64,000 nt of DNA from Verrucomicrobiota bacterium (GCA_046346705.1 JAXMHR010000010.1:141602-205601); one strand, 5' to 3'; counted from the first letter of the stretch, positions 55,147-64,000 are shown. A program made the numbers and translations. The notes: generated by a model from the sequence alone, not told the origin.

Positions 55147-55410
55147 GCGCTTGCACCATCTCGGGTTCGGTAGCGCGTGGCGCGGCAGGCATAGGTTCCT
55201 CCCTTCCGTCAGCCGAAACCACATCTCCACTATCATCATCTCGCCAAGGACTTCCCGCACCCGCGCCAAAGTCAGTGACGGCCCCGGCGACCGCAATTTG
55301 TGCTTCAGACATACCCAAAGGTAGTAGCCCAGGAACGCCCCCACTTGTGGGCCTGTCCGGTTCCAGACCGGCCACAAGTTCGGTTCGCTCTTCAGAATCT
55401 GGATGAATTT
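55147..55410 (-). pseudogene. Possible relic of an IS5/IS1182-type transposase N-terminal (DUF4096-like HTH) segment
   Basis: The minus-strand translation 'RTGPQVGAFLGYYLWVCLKHKLRSPGP...TLARVREVLGEMMIVEMW' loosely follows the family pattern 'GRPR...R..L.GIL.VL.TG..W..LP.....T...R...W...GVW'. There is no start codon and no DDE domain. The match is weak. Confidence 0.2.
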
Positions 55411-55446
55411 GGGCCTAAGAAATCCCTGATCGACGCGTAGTCCCGA

Positions 55447-56016
55447 GTGCACGGCATGGAGTCCAAGAATCTCGCACCCCTCACCGAACTCCGAGACCAG
55501 CACTCGGAGTTCATCCGGACCGCCTTGGAGCGTTACGAGTCTCCACTCGTTCGCTACTGCTACGGGCTGACTGGAAACTTGGATACGGCGCGAGACGTGG
55601 TGCAGGACACCTTCCTCAGATTGTGCGAACAGGCGCCGGGCGCGGTTGAAGGCCATTTGGCGCAGTGGTTGTTCACAGTCTGCAGAAACCGGGCCCTCGA
55701 CGTGCAACGAAAGGCAACCCGCATGACTTCCCTCAATGAAGGCGAGCTCGACCACCGGGCCTCCGCCGACCCCTCGCCGGCCGAATCCGCGGCTACCCGG
55801 GATACCGTACACCGTATCGACGAGTTGTTGGCGGATCTTCCCCTGAACCAACGGGAAGTCGTCCGGTTGAAGTTTCAGAACCAACTGAGCTACCAGGAGA
55901 TTGCCGCCGTGACGTCCCTTAGCGTTGGAAACGTCGGATTCCTGCTCCACACGGCCCTAAAAACACTCCGGAGTCGCCTCGACAGGCTCGAGCGAACGTC
56001 ACCTTCCCGCGCCTGA
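55447..56016 (+). CDS. ECF-type RNA polymerase sigma-70 family factor
   Basis: Region 2 'DTARDVVQDTFLRL..WLFTVCRNRALDVQRK'. Region 4 'LPLNQREVVRLKFQNQLSYQEIAAVTSLSVGNVGFLLHTALKTLR'. Confidence 0.85.
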   Translation: MHGMESKNLAPLTELRDQHSEFIRTALERYESPLVRYCYGLTGNLDTARDVVQDTFLRLCEQAPGAVEGHLAQWLFTVCRNRALDVQRKATRMTSLNEGELDHRASADPSPAESAATRDTVHRIDELLADLPLNQREVVRLKFQNQLSYQEIAAVTSLSVGNVGFLLHTALKTLRSRLDRLERTSPSRA

Positions 56017-56046
56017 CCTTCTCCGCCGACTGAACTCCAACGTTCC

Positions 56047-58416
56047 ATGATCATGAAACTTTCCCCCGATTCCCCTGAACTCACTGCTTACCTCCTGGAT
56101 GAACTGCCTCCTGCCGAGCGAGCCCTTGTCGAAACCGCCTTGGGAGAATCCGAAGAACTCCGGATCGAAGTGGAGCGGCTTCGCGACACGACCGAGCGAC
56201 TGGTGGAGGTCTTCGTCAACGAACCCGCGACGGCCCTAACTCCGGAGCAGCGGCGCCGAATTCTAGCTCAGGACCGCAACTCCATGGTGCGGAATTCAGC
56301 TCCCTCAATGACGTCGTGGAGTACCACAGTGCAGACCTGGTGCAGGAATCTTCGCGCCCATTGGGCGTGGACGACGACAACCGCTTTGGCTGCTCTGGCA
56401 ATGACCCTCATCGCGCTCCGGCCAGAACGCTCGGCCGAGCATCGTTTCCAGGAATTGCGGTACCAACTTCAGCCTCCATCCAAATCGATCCAGCCCGGCC
56501 GTCCGGAAAGCAAATGGGAGCTTCCCGCCCAATCCCCGGCTGCGGCAGACGCCGGCAACCATTCCCAGCCGAATTCCCAGGAAAGCCCGGTCCCGCTCGC
56601 GGAGGTCCTGCTTCAGCCTTCTCCGGTCGTCCCGCCCGCGCCCGCGCCCTCTCCGGTTTCGAGATTGGAGAAGCCTTCTCCTTCCAAGCTGGGTGCCAGC
56701 GTCGCCCCGGTTGTCCCGAAAGAGCGGCAATTGAGTTTGGCGCCCGCTTCCGCCTCGAAGCCCGTCGACCTGGCTCAAAGAGGGTTCCAGGAACCGCAGG
56801 GGCGGTCGTCCGTCCCACGGGAGAGCCTTCTCCGGGAATCCCTAAGGGACCCCCTTTCAGCATCGGTCCCCGCCGCGGGAAGAACCGATTCCCATTCGAT
56901 TGAGCCGGCGAATCCGCAGACCCCCGCCCTCTCAAAACTCGACGCGTCCGCGCGCCGGTACGCCGGGTTTGGTGAACTCGCTGACGCGGAGTCCTACACC
57001 TCGCTCCCCGACAACGCCTTCAAATCCCCTGCCGCGGCTCCCTTGTCCACGTTCAGTCTCGACGTGGATACCGCCAGCTACGCGAATATCCGACGTTTCC
57101 TTCGAGAAGGATTTCTCCCGCCCGCTGATGCCGTCCGGATCGAGGAGCTGATTAACTACTTTCACTACGACTACCCCCAGCCCAAGTCGGGCGAACCCTT
57201 CGGCGCGGACATCGAAATAGCGGACTGTCCCTGGCGTGAGGGGAACAAGATTGTCCGGATCGGACTCCAGGCGCGCCGGGTGGACTTCCGTGAGCGTCCC
57301 CGGGCGAATTTGATTTTCCTTCTCGATGTCAGCGGTTCCATGAAACCGGAGAACAAGCTGCCCCTTGTCCAACGCTCCCTGCGCCTGCTGCTCGACCGTC
57401 TGGGAGAACGGGATGCCGTCGGGATTGTCACCTATGCCGGGGAATCCCGGGTCGCTTTGGAGCCCACCCAGGTCACGGATGAGGGCCGGCAGCGCATCCG
57501 GCAGGTGATCGACGGGCTTCGCGCCGGCAGCGGGACTGCAGGGTCCGTGGGAATCCAAAATGCCTACAGCCTCGCCACCAACCACTTTATCCCCGGCGGA
57601 GTCAACCGGGTGATCCTGTGCACGGACGGGGACTTCAACATTGGCATCACGGATCCCGGGGAACTCCACGCATTGATCGAAGAAAGGGCCAGGTCCGGGG
57701 TCTTTCTGAGCGTTCTGGGCTTCGGGATGGGGAACTTGAAGGACAGCACGATGGAGATGCTCGCCGACAAGGGAAATGGCAACTACTCGTACGTGGATTC
57801 CTATTCCGAGGCCCGGAAAGTCTTCGGTGAGCAACTCGAAGGCACCCTGATTACCGTCGCCAAGGACGTCAAAGTGCAGGTGGAATTCAACCCAGCGCGG
57901 GTTCGATCCTACCGCCTGATCGGATACGAGAACCGGTTGCTCCGAGACCGGGATTTCAACGACGACACCAAGGATGCCGGCGAGGTGGGCGCGGGACATC
58001 AGGTCACCGTCCTTTATGAAATCGAACCACTCCTTCCCAATCTCGCAGGAACGGATCCCCTCCGATACTCGCCAACGGCGGAAGCACCCGTCCCGAGGCT
58101 CAAGGCCGGACATGAAGGGGAACTCCTCAATCTGAAGATTCGCTTCAAGGCTCCGGACGGCGAGAAAAGTCAGTTGATCGAGCGACCGGTTCTGGACGGC
58201 GACCGCGAACTCGTCCGGGCGAGTCCCGATTTCAAGTTCGCCGCCGCAGTCGCTGGATATGGAATGCTGCTCAAGAACTCCCCCTACAAGGGAGACTGGA
58301 CCTGGGATGCCGTGCTCCGGCTCGCCGAACAGGGGGTGGGTGAGGATCGCGAGGGCTACCGTTCCGAATTCGTGGATCTCGCCCGCAAGGCGCAGCGCCT
58401 GTCGAACGGCAAGTGA
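56047..58416 (+). CDS. Anti-sigma-like N-terminus + TM + Pro-rich linker + YfbK-type von Willebrand factor A domain protein
   Basis: N-terminal 'LTAYLLDELPPAERALVETAL..SEELRIEVERL' (anti-sigma type). TM 'WAWTTTTALAALAMTLIAL'. 'LSTFSLDVDTASYANIRRFL..G.LPP.DAVRIEELINYF.YDYP' and MIDAS 'LIFLLDVSGSM' are typical of YfbK/vWA-DUF3520 proteins. Starts 31 nt after the sigma gene. Confidence 0.8.
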   Translation: MIMKLSPDSPELTAYLLDELPPAERALVETALGESEELRIEVERLRDTTERLVEVFVNEPATALTPEQRRRILAQDRNSMVRNSAPSMTSWSTTVQTWCRNLRAHWAWTTTTALAALAMTLIALRPERSAEHRFQELRYQLQPPSKSIQPGRPESKWELPAQSPAAADAGNHSQPNSQESPVPLAEVLLQPSPVVPPAPAPSPVSRLEKPSPSKLGASVAPVVPKERQLSLAPASASKPVDLAQRGFQEPQGRSSVPRESLLRESLRDPLSASVPAAGRTDSHSIEPANPQTPALSKLDASARRYAGFGELADAESYTSLPDNAFKSPAAAPLSTFSLDVDTASYANIRRFLREGFLPPADAVRIEELINYFHYDYPQPKSGEPFGADIEIADCPWREGNKIVRIGLQARRVDFRERPRANLIFLLDVSGSMKPENKLPLVQRSLRLLLDRLGERDAVGIVTYAGESRVALEPTQVTDEGRQRIRQVIDGLRAGSGTAGSVGIQNAYSLATNHFIPGGVNRVILCTDGDFNIGITDPGELHALIEERARSGVFLSVLGFGMGNLKDSTMEMLADKGNGNYSYVDSYSEARKVFGEQLEGTLITVAKDVKVQVEFNPARVRSYRLIGYENRLLRDRDFNDDTKDAGEVGAGHQVTVLYEIEPLLPNLAGTDPLRYSPTAEAPVPRLKAGHEGELLNLKIRFKAPDGEKSQLIERPVLDGDRELVRASPDFKFAAAVAGYGMLLKNSPYKGDWTWDAVLRLAEQGVGEDREGYRSEFVDLARKAQRLSNGK

Positions 58417-58442
58417 CCGGTGAATTCTTCGGAATCAGGTTC

Positions 58443-59807
58443 CTAAGGTGAATCGGTGCCGGAATCCATGGCCACTCCATCGGCAGGAGCAGATGCGTCA
58501 ATCCGCCGGAGAATCACCCGGGCCACCCGTAATCCGGTCAATTCCTCGACGGTGACCTGATACTCACCCAGTTCCAAACGGTCCCCCCGCCTCGGAAATC
58601 GCCCGAGCCGATGGGTAACCCAACCATTGATTGTGGTGATGCCCTCGGCATCGACGGATGTACCGGTGAGTTCCGCGAGTTCAAACAGCGGCAGCGTCCC
58701 GTCGAGATCCCAATTGCCTTCGCTGGTCCGCGTTAGGCGCGGCTTCTCGTGGTCGAACTCGTCCTGAATCTGCCCAACCAGCTCTTCCAGCACATTTTCC
58801 AGGGTCAGCATTCCGGTCGTTCCCCCGTGTTCATCAACCACCAGTGCGAAATGCAGTTTCCGGTCGAGGAACAGTTTCAAGACCTTCTCGAGTCGTGCGG
58901 TTTCCGGGACGTAGATGACGGGACGTGCCGACTGAATAAGATCGGCGCCGGTGGATGCCTGGTTCCGGAGCGCGAACAGATCCTTGAAATGGACGACTCC
59001 GGGCGTGCGGTCCAAATCTCCCGCTTCACACAGGGGAAATCGCGAATAGCGGCTGCGTTCCGCAATCTCGAGGCATTGAGTTATGGTGGCGGTCGTGCTC
59101 AGTCCAGTGATCTCCCTTCGCGGACGCATCACTTCGGCAACCACGCGGCGGCGCAGGTCGAGGGAGTTTAGTACAATTTCATGACCCAGATCCGTGCCGG
59201 CTGTCTCCTTCCCTGCGGAAAGAATCATGAGACGCAGCTCCTCCGCACTGTGCCGCTCCTCTTCGTCCATTGCTTCGACACCCAGCTTGCGGGCCATCCA
59301 CAATGCCGTGCCGTTCACGACCCAGATGAAGGGGGTTGCGAGGCGGAAGAACGCGGTCAGTGGCGCGGCCGTCACGAGGGCCACCGGTTCCGTTCGATGG
59401 ATCGCCAGTGCCTTCGGCAGCGCCTCACCCAGCGTCATCAGAAGGAAGGACATGACGACGAATCCGGCACCAATCAGGACGCCGTAGGCCCAATGCCGCG
59501 GGGGTAAATGCAGGGAGTGCAGCAATGGTTCCCCGAGGACCTCCACCATGGGCTCGACCCAACGGCCCAGACCCATTCCCGCCAGCGTGATCCCCAACTG
59601 CGTGGCGGTGATTGCGGCGTTGAGATTCCGCTTAAGGTCCCGCGCGGTCTTCGCACCGCGACGACGACGGGCAACCAGCGCGTCGAGCTGTGTTTCCCGG
59701 ATTTTCACCAGGGCCAGTTCGGACGCGACAAAGAACCCATTCAGAAAAATCAACAACAGGGCCACCAGCATTCGGAAGCCAAGGGTGGTGGAAAGTTCCA
59801 GGATCAC
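58443..59807 (-). CDS. CNNM/CorC-HlyC family protein (DUF21 + CBS pair + CorC_HlyC)
   Basis: DUF21 'LLIFLNGFFVASELALVKIR'. CBS pair region. C-terminal transporter-associated domain 'NGWVTHRLGRFPRRGDRLELGEYQVTVEEL'. Confidence 0.85.
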   Translation of the reverse strand: MILELSTTLGFRMLVALLLIFLNGFFVASELALVKIRETQLDALVARRRRGAKTARDLKRNLNAAITATQLGITLAGMGLGRWVEPMVEVLGEPLLHSLHLPPRHWAYGVLIGAGFVVMSFLLMTLGEALPKALAIHRTEPVALVTAAPLTAFFRLATPFIWVVNGTALWMARKLGVEAMDEEERHSAEELRLMILSAGKETAGTDLGHEIVLNSLDLRRRVVAEVMRPRREITGLSTTATITQCLEIAERSRYSRFPLCEAGDLDRTPGVVHFKDLFALRNQASTGADLIQSARPVIYVPETARLEKVLKLFLDRKLHFALVVDEHGGTTGMLTLENVLEELVGQIQDEFDHEKPRLTRTSEGNWDLDGTLPLFELAELTGTSVDAEGITTINGWVTHRLGRFPRRGDRLELGEYQVTVEELTGLRVARVILRRIDASAPADGVAMDSGTDSP

Positions 59808-60793
59808 AGGGCCACCTCACCAAATACCGCCCCAAGAACATCCGCGAGCGACAGGAACCCGCGTTCGCGCCGGGCGGAGTCCACCACGATGGCCAGAGGC
59901 TGCCCGCTCCGTTGCAACCGGCGCAGGGCCTCCTCCAGGGACACGGTCTCCTCAAGGAACAACGCCGGCCTCAGATAGTCCCCGGCCACAGAACGCGAGG
60001 CTCCGCTGGTGTCGTAGAGGATATTTTTGAGGCTCACGATTCCTGCGATGCGCGCCGAGGACTTGCCGGAGTCCCAGACTGGAAGGCGGGTGTGGCCCTT
60101 CTCCCGGCACAAGCGAATGACCTCGGGAACCGGAGTTGAAACGTTGACGCTATCGGCGAGCGCCAGCGGTCGGGCCAAGTGCCCCACATTGCGATACTTC
60201 AGGTCCAGGACGCGATGGATCAGCGTGCGCTCGATGGACGCCAATTGCGTGCCCGGATCCAGGACCAAGTCCCGCACCTCGTCACGGCTGGCGAAAAACT
60301 GACTGTTCACAGACCGGCCGCCGGTCCATCGCAGGAGCGCGCCGGTGAAACCCTCGATCATCGACACCAGAGGCCACAACAGCGCATGCACCAGGCGGAA
60401 CGGCCAGACGAGCCAAAGCGCCAGTCGATTGGGGAACTGCCGGAACAGGGCTTTGGGGAGCAGATCATCGACGAAATACAGGACCAACGCCGTGGCCGCG
60501 GTCAGCGCCCAGAACAGCGGAGGCGACGCGCCCACCTGGGCGTCGAGCCACGTCACCGCAATGACGACGATGACGAAGTTGGCGAGCGTATTGCCCACCA
60601 GCAGGGTCCAGAGGAAATTCTCCGGATTCGCGAGATACCCCTGCAGCGCCCGTGCCCCGGGGCGTCCCTCGCGGACCCACTGGCGAATCCGGAGTCGGCT
60701 CAGCGCCATGACGGCCGCCTCCATTCCCGACAGGAAGGCTGATAGAAGGATCGCAAGAAAGAGGACCGCGAGCTGAAGCATCACGATATTCAT
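59804..60793 (-). CDS. CNNM-like protein, short form (DUF21 + CBS pair, no CorC_HlyC domain)
   Basis: DUF21 'LAILLSAFLSGMEAAVMALSRLRI'. CBS region. Ends after the CBS pair at 329 aa. Has 4-nt overlaps with both neighbours. Confidence 0.8.
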   Translation of the reverse strand: MNIVMLQLAVLFLAILLSAFLSGMEAAVMALSRLRIRQWVREGRPGARALQGYLANPENFLWTLLVGNTLANFVIVVIAVTWLDAQVGASPPLFWALTAATALVLYFVDDLLPKALFRQFPNRLALWLVWPFRLVHALLWPLVSMIEGFTGALLRWTGGRSVNSQFFASRDEVRDLVLDPGTQLASIERTLIHRVLDLKYRNVGHLARPLALADSVNVSTPVPEVIRLCREKGHTRLPVWDSGKSSARIAGIVSLKNILYDTSGASRSVAGDYLRPALFLEETVSLEEALRRLQRSGQPLAIVVDSARRERGFLSLADVLGAVFGEVAL

Positions 60794-62067
60794 GCCGTTC
60801 CTCCGACCGCCTCAACCAGGAGTTCCCGAACCCGGCGTTCGTCCGCCGCCCTGACGGTGAACCGCACCCCGCGATGCGTGAACACCTCCCCGGGCGCAGG
60901 AACCACCTCGGCTAGTTTCACCACGAGTCCGCCGAGCGTATCCACGTCGTCATCGTCACCCAGTGCCGGGAACTCTCGCGCAAAGTCATCCAATCGCATT
61001 GAGCCGCTCGCACGCCATCGCCCGGGTGCCAGGCGTTCCATGACAAATCCTTCAGCCTCCCCTTCCCCGCGAATCGGTCCCACCACCGTCTCCAGGATGT
61101 CCTCCACCGTCACCAGTCCGGCGGCTCCCCCAAATTCATCGAGAACAATGGCCATGCCCCGCTGCTGTCGTTGAAGCGCCTGGAACAGCGTCATGAGGTT
61201 CATGGTTTCCGGGACGAAGGAGGGAAACTCCAACGCTTCGTCCAATCCCGATTCTGGGGAAAGCAACAGCGTCCGCGTATTCAACACCGCGACAATGTTG
61301 TCGGGGGTTTCGTCATAGAGGGGAATCCGATGATGCCGCGATTCCCGCGCAGCCCGGATCAGCGCGCCAACCTCCAGGTCGTCGGGAAGCACCGTCATGC
61401 GCGTCCGTGGTCGCATGGCGTCCCCGGCCGTGCGTTGATCCAGCGCCAGGACTCGATGGATGATCTCCTTTTCCGTGACGTTGAGTGCGCCCTGCTGCTG
61501 GGCGAGATCCACCAAGTCGGCATACTCCTCCCCGGATAATCCCTGCGGCGCAGCCGGAGTGTGGCGCAGCACCGGGTTCAGAATCCGGGCGACCAAACCG
61601 CGGGCAAAGGCCAGCAGGGGATGGGTCCCTTTCACAAAGATTCGGAGGGGCCGGGACACGCGGAGGGACCAGGCCTCCGGACTGCGGATCGCGAGAGCCT
61701 TCGGGGTGACTTCGCAGACAAACAACAGGACACCCAACAGGAAAATCGCCCCCAGGAACCGCTGCCAGTTCTCTCCGCCCAGCGACAAGATGGCGAGGGC
61801 TACCAACAGGAAGTTCGCCACGGTATTCCCGAGGACCAGGCTCGCGAGCAGGTCGTCCGGTCTGGCCAGCAATTCGGTAACGACGGCTCCGGCACCGGGC
61901 CGTTGTTCTGCCAGACGACGCGTCCTCCACGGCCCGAGGGAAAAGAGGGCGGTTTCCGCCGCCGCGAAGAAAAAGCTCGCGGCCACCAGCAACAGCAACA
62001 GCGGGATGACCCAAGTCCAGGGCAGCGGCACAGCCCGCACCATGGCCGGAACTTCGCGTCCATTCAA
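60790..62067 (-). CDS. CNNM/CorC-HlyC family protein (DUF21 + CBS pair + CorC_HlyC)
   Basis: DUF21 'FFFAAAETALFSLGPWR'. CBS pair. C-terminal 'DTLGGLVVKLAEVVPAPGEVFTHRGVRFTV'. An alternative start is at 62043. Confidence 0.85.
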   Translation of the reverse strand: MNGREVPAMVRAVPLPWTWVIPLLLLLVAASFFFAAAETALFSLGPWRTRRLAEQRPGAGAVVTELLARPDDLLASLVLGNTVANFLLVALAILSLGGENWQRFLGAIFLLGVLLFVCEVTPKALAIRSPEAWSLRVSRPLRIFVKGTHPLLAFARGLVARILNPVLRHTPAAPQGLSGEEYADLVDLAQQQGALNVTEKEIIHRVLALDQRTAGDAMRPRTRMTVLPDDLEVGALIRAARESRHHRIPLYDETPDNIVAVLNTRTLLLSPESGLDEALEFPSFVPETMNLMTLFQALQRQQRGMAIVLDEFGGAAGLVTVEDILETVVGPIRGEGEAEGFVMERLAPGRWRASGSMRLDDFAREFPALGDDDDVDTLGGLVVKLAEVVPAPGEVFTHRGVRFTVRAADERRVRELLVEAVGGTA

Positions 62068-62153
62068 TCCGCGGATGCGACGGGGTTGAAACTGGAGACG
62101 AAATGTTCCGGGAACTTGACGTTACCCCGGGGCTCGGCGTGCACTGGACGCCA

Positions 62154-62354
62154 ATGAAACTCACATGGAAGGACTCCGAGGAAATCGCCTGGGCCCTGAT
62201 GGACCAGTTTCCGGACCAGGATCCCCTCAAGCTCAGCTTCCCAAAGCTTCACAAGATGGTCTGTGAACTGGAGGATTTCAGCGATTCGCCCGAGGCATCG
62301 AACGAAAAGATCCTCGAAAACATCCAGATGGCTTGGTTTGAGGAGAAACAATAG
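62154..62354 (+). CDS. iscX: Fe-S cluster assembly protein IscX (YfhJ)
   Basis: 66 aa. 'MKLTWKDSEEIAWALMDQFPDQDPLKLSFPKLHKMVCELEDFSDSPEASNEKILENIQMAWFEE' matches IscX along its whole length (W.DS.EI...L....PD.DP....F..........F.D.P..SNEKILE.I...W). Confidence 0.85.
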   Translation: MKLTWKDSEEIAWALMDQFPDQDPLKLSFPKLHKMVCELEDFSDSPEASNEKILENIQMAWFEEKQ

Positions 62355-62362
62355 CCCTTCCC

Positions 62363-62755
62363 ATGCCGAAGATTCCTGTCAGTCCTCCGACGGCGGCTCC
62401 CGCATTGGGACCCTATACCCACGGCATTCGAGTCGGTGACCTGCTCTTTTGTTCGGGACAAATCCCCATCAACCCCGCGCAACCCGGTGGACCGGTGCTT
62501 GGGGACATCCGGGACCAGACTCGTCGGGTTCTCGAGAACGTACGGCTGATCCTGAAGGATCAGCACCTCAACTTCGCGCATGTCGTCAAGACGACCGTCT
62601 TCATGACCAATCTCGCGGAATTTCAGGGCATGAACGAGGTGTACTCGGAATTCTTCCCGGCTCCCCACCCTGCCCGTTCGACCGTTCAGGTCTCGGCTCT
62701 GCCCCGGGGTGCCAGTGTCGAAATCGAGGTGGTTGCAAGTGCTGCCGCCGGATAG
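62363..62755 (+). CDS. ridA: RidA/YjgF family reactive-intermediate deaminase
   Basis: 'PAALGPYTHGIRVGDLLFCSGQIPINP', 'VVKTTVFMTNLAEFQGMNEVY', 'PARSTVQVSALPRGASVEIE'. Confidence 0.9.
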   Translation: MPKIPVSPPTAAPALGPYTHGIRVGDLLFCSGQIPINPAQPGGPVLGDIRDQTRRVLENVRLILKDQHLNFAHVVKTTVFMTNLAEFQGMNEVYSEFFPAPHPARSTVQVSALPRGASVEIEVVASAAAG

Positions 62756-62785
62756 CTTTTTGAAACTGCCGTTCCGTCGGCGCCC

Positions 62786-63553
62786 GTGCATCCCTCCCAA
62801 CTCCGCCTACTCCCGGATGCCCGTCCGCTTGTGGATCGGCTGGGTGCGGCTTTTTTTCGAAGCATTCCGGAAGTTCCAGGCGTTTACCTGCTTCGGGATG
62901 CCGCGGATACCGTCTTGTATGTCGGCAAGGCCCGCAACCTCCGCCGCCGCCTTCACAGCTATCGTGTCGCCAATCCCGAGGTGCTGCCTCGGCGACGTCT
63001 CCGACTGCTCCATCTGGCGCGGCGCATTGAGTGGCAGACGATGGCGGATGAAGCGTCCGCGCTCGCACGGGAGCGCGTCCTGCTCCGCGAACTGAAGCCG
63101 CGATTCAATCGAGCCGGCATCTGGCAGGGACAGCCCCGTCATCTTGCCTGGAGGGTTTCCGGGGATGGACTCGAACTGGCCCTGAAGGACACGGAAACCC
63201 GGGACTGGAGCCGGTACGGACCGCTCGGATCCGGCGCCTTGCGGGTCCGGAGTACCTGTGTCCGGTTGGTGTGGTGTGGATGGTATCCGGAGCGAGGCGT
63301 CGAGGCATTTCCAGCCGGCTGGCTCCAGGGCCGCTTTCCGGACGTCGTCTCGCTGAACCCGGGATCTGAAGGACCGGATGCGCGTACGGTCGCGACTTGG
63401 CTGTCCGAGTTACTCGGGGGCCGGACAGAGACGGTGCGTGCCTGGCTGGAGAAGGGAGTCCTTCGGTCTGGGAGTCCGTTTTTGCGAACGCTCCTTACCG
63501 CCGACCTGGAATGGATGGCAAACCGGAAGCGTCCGTTGGAAACCGACCATTGA
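62786..63553 (+). CDS. GIY-YIG nuclease domain protein (UvrC N-terminal-like) with an unassigned C-terminal half
   Basis: 'PGVYLLRDAADTVLYVGKARNLRRRLHSY', 'E..ALARERVLLRELKPRFN'. Confidence 0.6.
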   Translation: MHPSQLRLLPDARPLVDRLGAAFFRSIPEVPGVYLLRDAADTVLYVGKARNLRRRLHSYRVANPEVLPRRRLRLLHLARRIEWQTMADEASALARERVLLRELKPRFNRAGIWQGQPRHLAWRVSGDGLELALKDTETRDWSRYGPLGSGALRVRSTCVRLVWCGWYPERGVEAFPAGWLQGRFPDVVSLNPGSEGPDARTVATWLSELLGGRTETVRAWLEKGVLRSGSPFLRTLLTADLEWMANRKRPLETDH

Positions 63554-63648
63554 CCTGTGGCCGCGGGCCGATGTAACTCGACCGACATGCTGCCGCCACC
63601 CGGTCATGGTTTTTCACGTCGGGGCACCCCCCGGACTTTCCCTTTTTG

Positions 63649-64000
63649 ATGCGCTGGAGCCGATTCATAGGACTAACCCTCGCGACGCTGGGTGCGGGGA
63701 TCAACGCAGTTGCCGGAACCATCACCATCCGGGGATCCGATACCATGGTGGTGTTGACCCAGCGATGGGCCGAATCCTACATGGCACTTCATCCCGGCAC
63801 GGCCATTCAGGTCAACGGTGGCGGCACCGGAACGGGATTCGCAGCCCTTCAGAATCGAGCCACGGACATCTGCAACGCGTCACGCCGGATCCGGGCCCGC
63901 GAGAAGGAGAACTGCCTCCGCGCATTTCGGAAAATTCCCGCCGAATATCGCGTGGCGCTCGACGGATTGAACATCTACGTCAACAGTGGAAATACCGTGG
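63649..64000 (+). CDS. pstS: Phosphate ABC transporter substrate-binding protein PstS family, 3' end cut by the window edge
   Basis: Not in the ORF track because there is no stop inside the window. The frame from the ATG at 63649 reads 'MRWSRFIGLTLATLGAGINAVAGTITIRGSDTMVVLTQRWAESYMALHPGTAIQVNGGGTGTGFAALQNRATDICNASRRI'. This gives a signal peptide plus the 'GSDT...GGGSG.G' PstS pattern. Confidence 0.7.
   Translation, partial: MRWSRFIGLTLATLGAGINAVAGTITIRGSDTMVVLTQRWAESYMALHPGTAIQVNGGGTGTGFAALQNRATDICNASRRIRAREKENCLRAFRKIPAEYRVALDGLNIYVNSGNTV

Noticed and set aside
55144-55950. 268-aa ORF on the - strand
   Set aside because: Its upstream two-thirds is antisense to the clearly recognisable ECF sigma gene. 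Only the tail (55147-55410) was kept, as a weak transposase-relic hypothesis.

Overview
G+C-rich chromosomal segment whose gene content looks like a PVC-superphylum bacterium (Verrucomicrobiota/Planctomycetota-like). It carries four DUF1501 genes, two DUF1549/DUF1553 genes, one DUF1800 gene and two FG-GAP/ASPIC proteins, and translation starts mostly lack a Shine-Dalgarno sequence. I support about 42 protein-coding genes. Housekeeping genes include ftsH, tilS, lptD-like, msrA, ribH, gdh, metG, dgt, xylFGH, iscX, ridA and a partial pstS. I recognised no rRNA, tRNA or CRISPR array, and no intact mobile element. The stand-out region is 40.7-55.0 kb. A 3,293-codon secreted ORF there contains five copies of a ~200-aa module I cannot assign to any known family. 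These modules alternate with 16 cadherin-like repeats, followed by thrombospondin-type-3-like calcium repeats. A single-nucleotide frame break near 50585 separates this ORF from a leaderless DUF1800 ORF, so the two were probably one ~4,000-aa protein. DUF1501 and a GspG-like membrane protein follow, the latter overlapping the DUF1501 stop codon, and an ECF sigma / anti-sigma-vWA pair lies next door. Other points worth a second look are listed here. (1) ribBA is broken by more than ten frame disruptions next to an intact ribH. (2) A pseudouridine synthase is fused to a methyltransferase. (3) A cysteine-less FmdB-like gene precedes a COG0523 GTPase with a ~195-aa His-rich insertion and a WD40 gene. 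(4) Three CNNM/CorC genes are translationally coupled. (5) There is a possible IS relic. All family assignments come from reading motifs in the translations; no database search was run.
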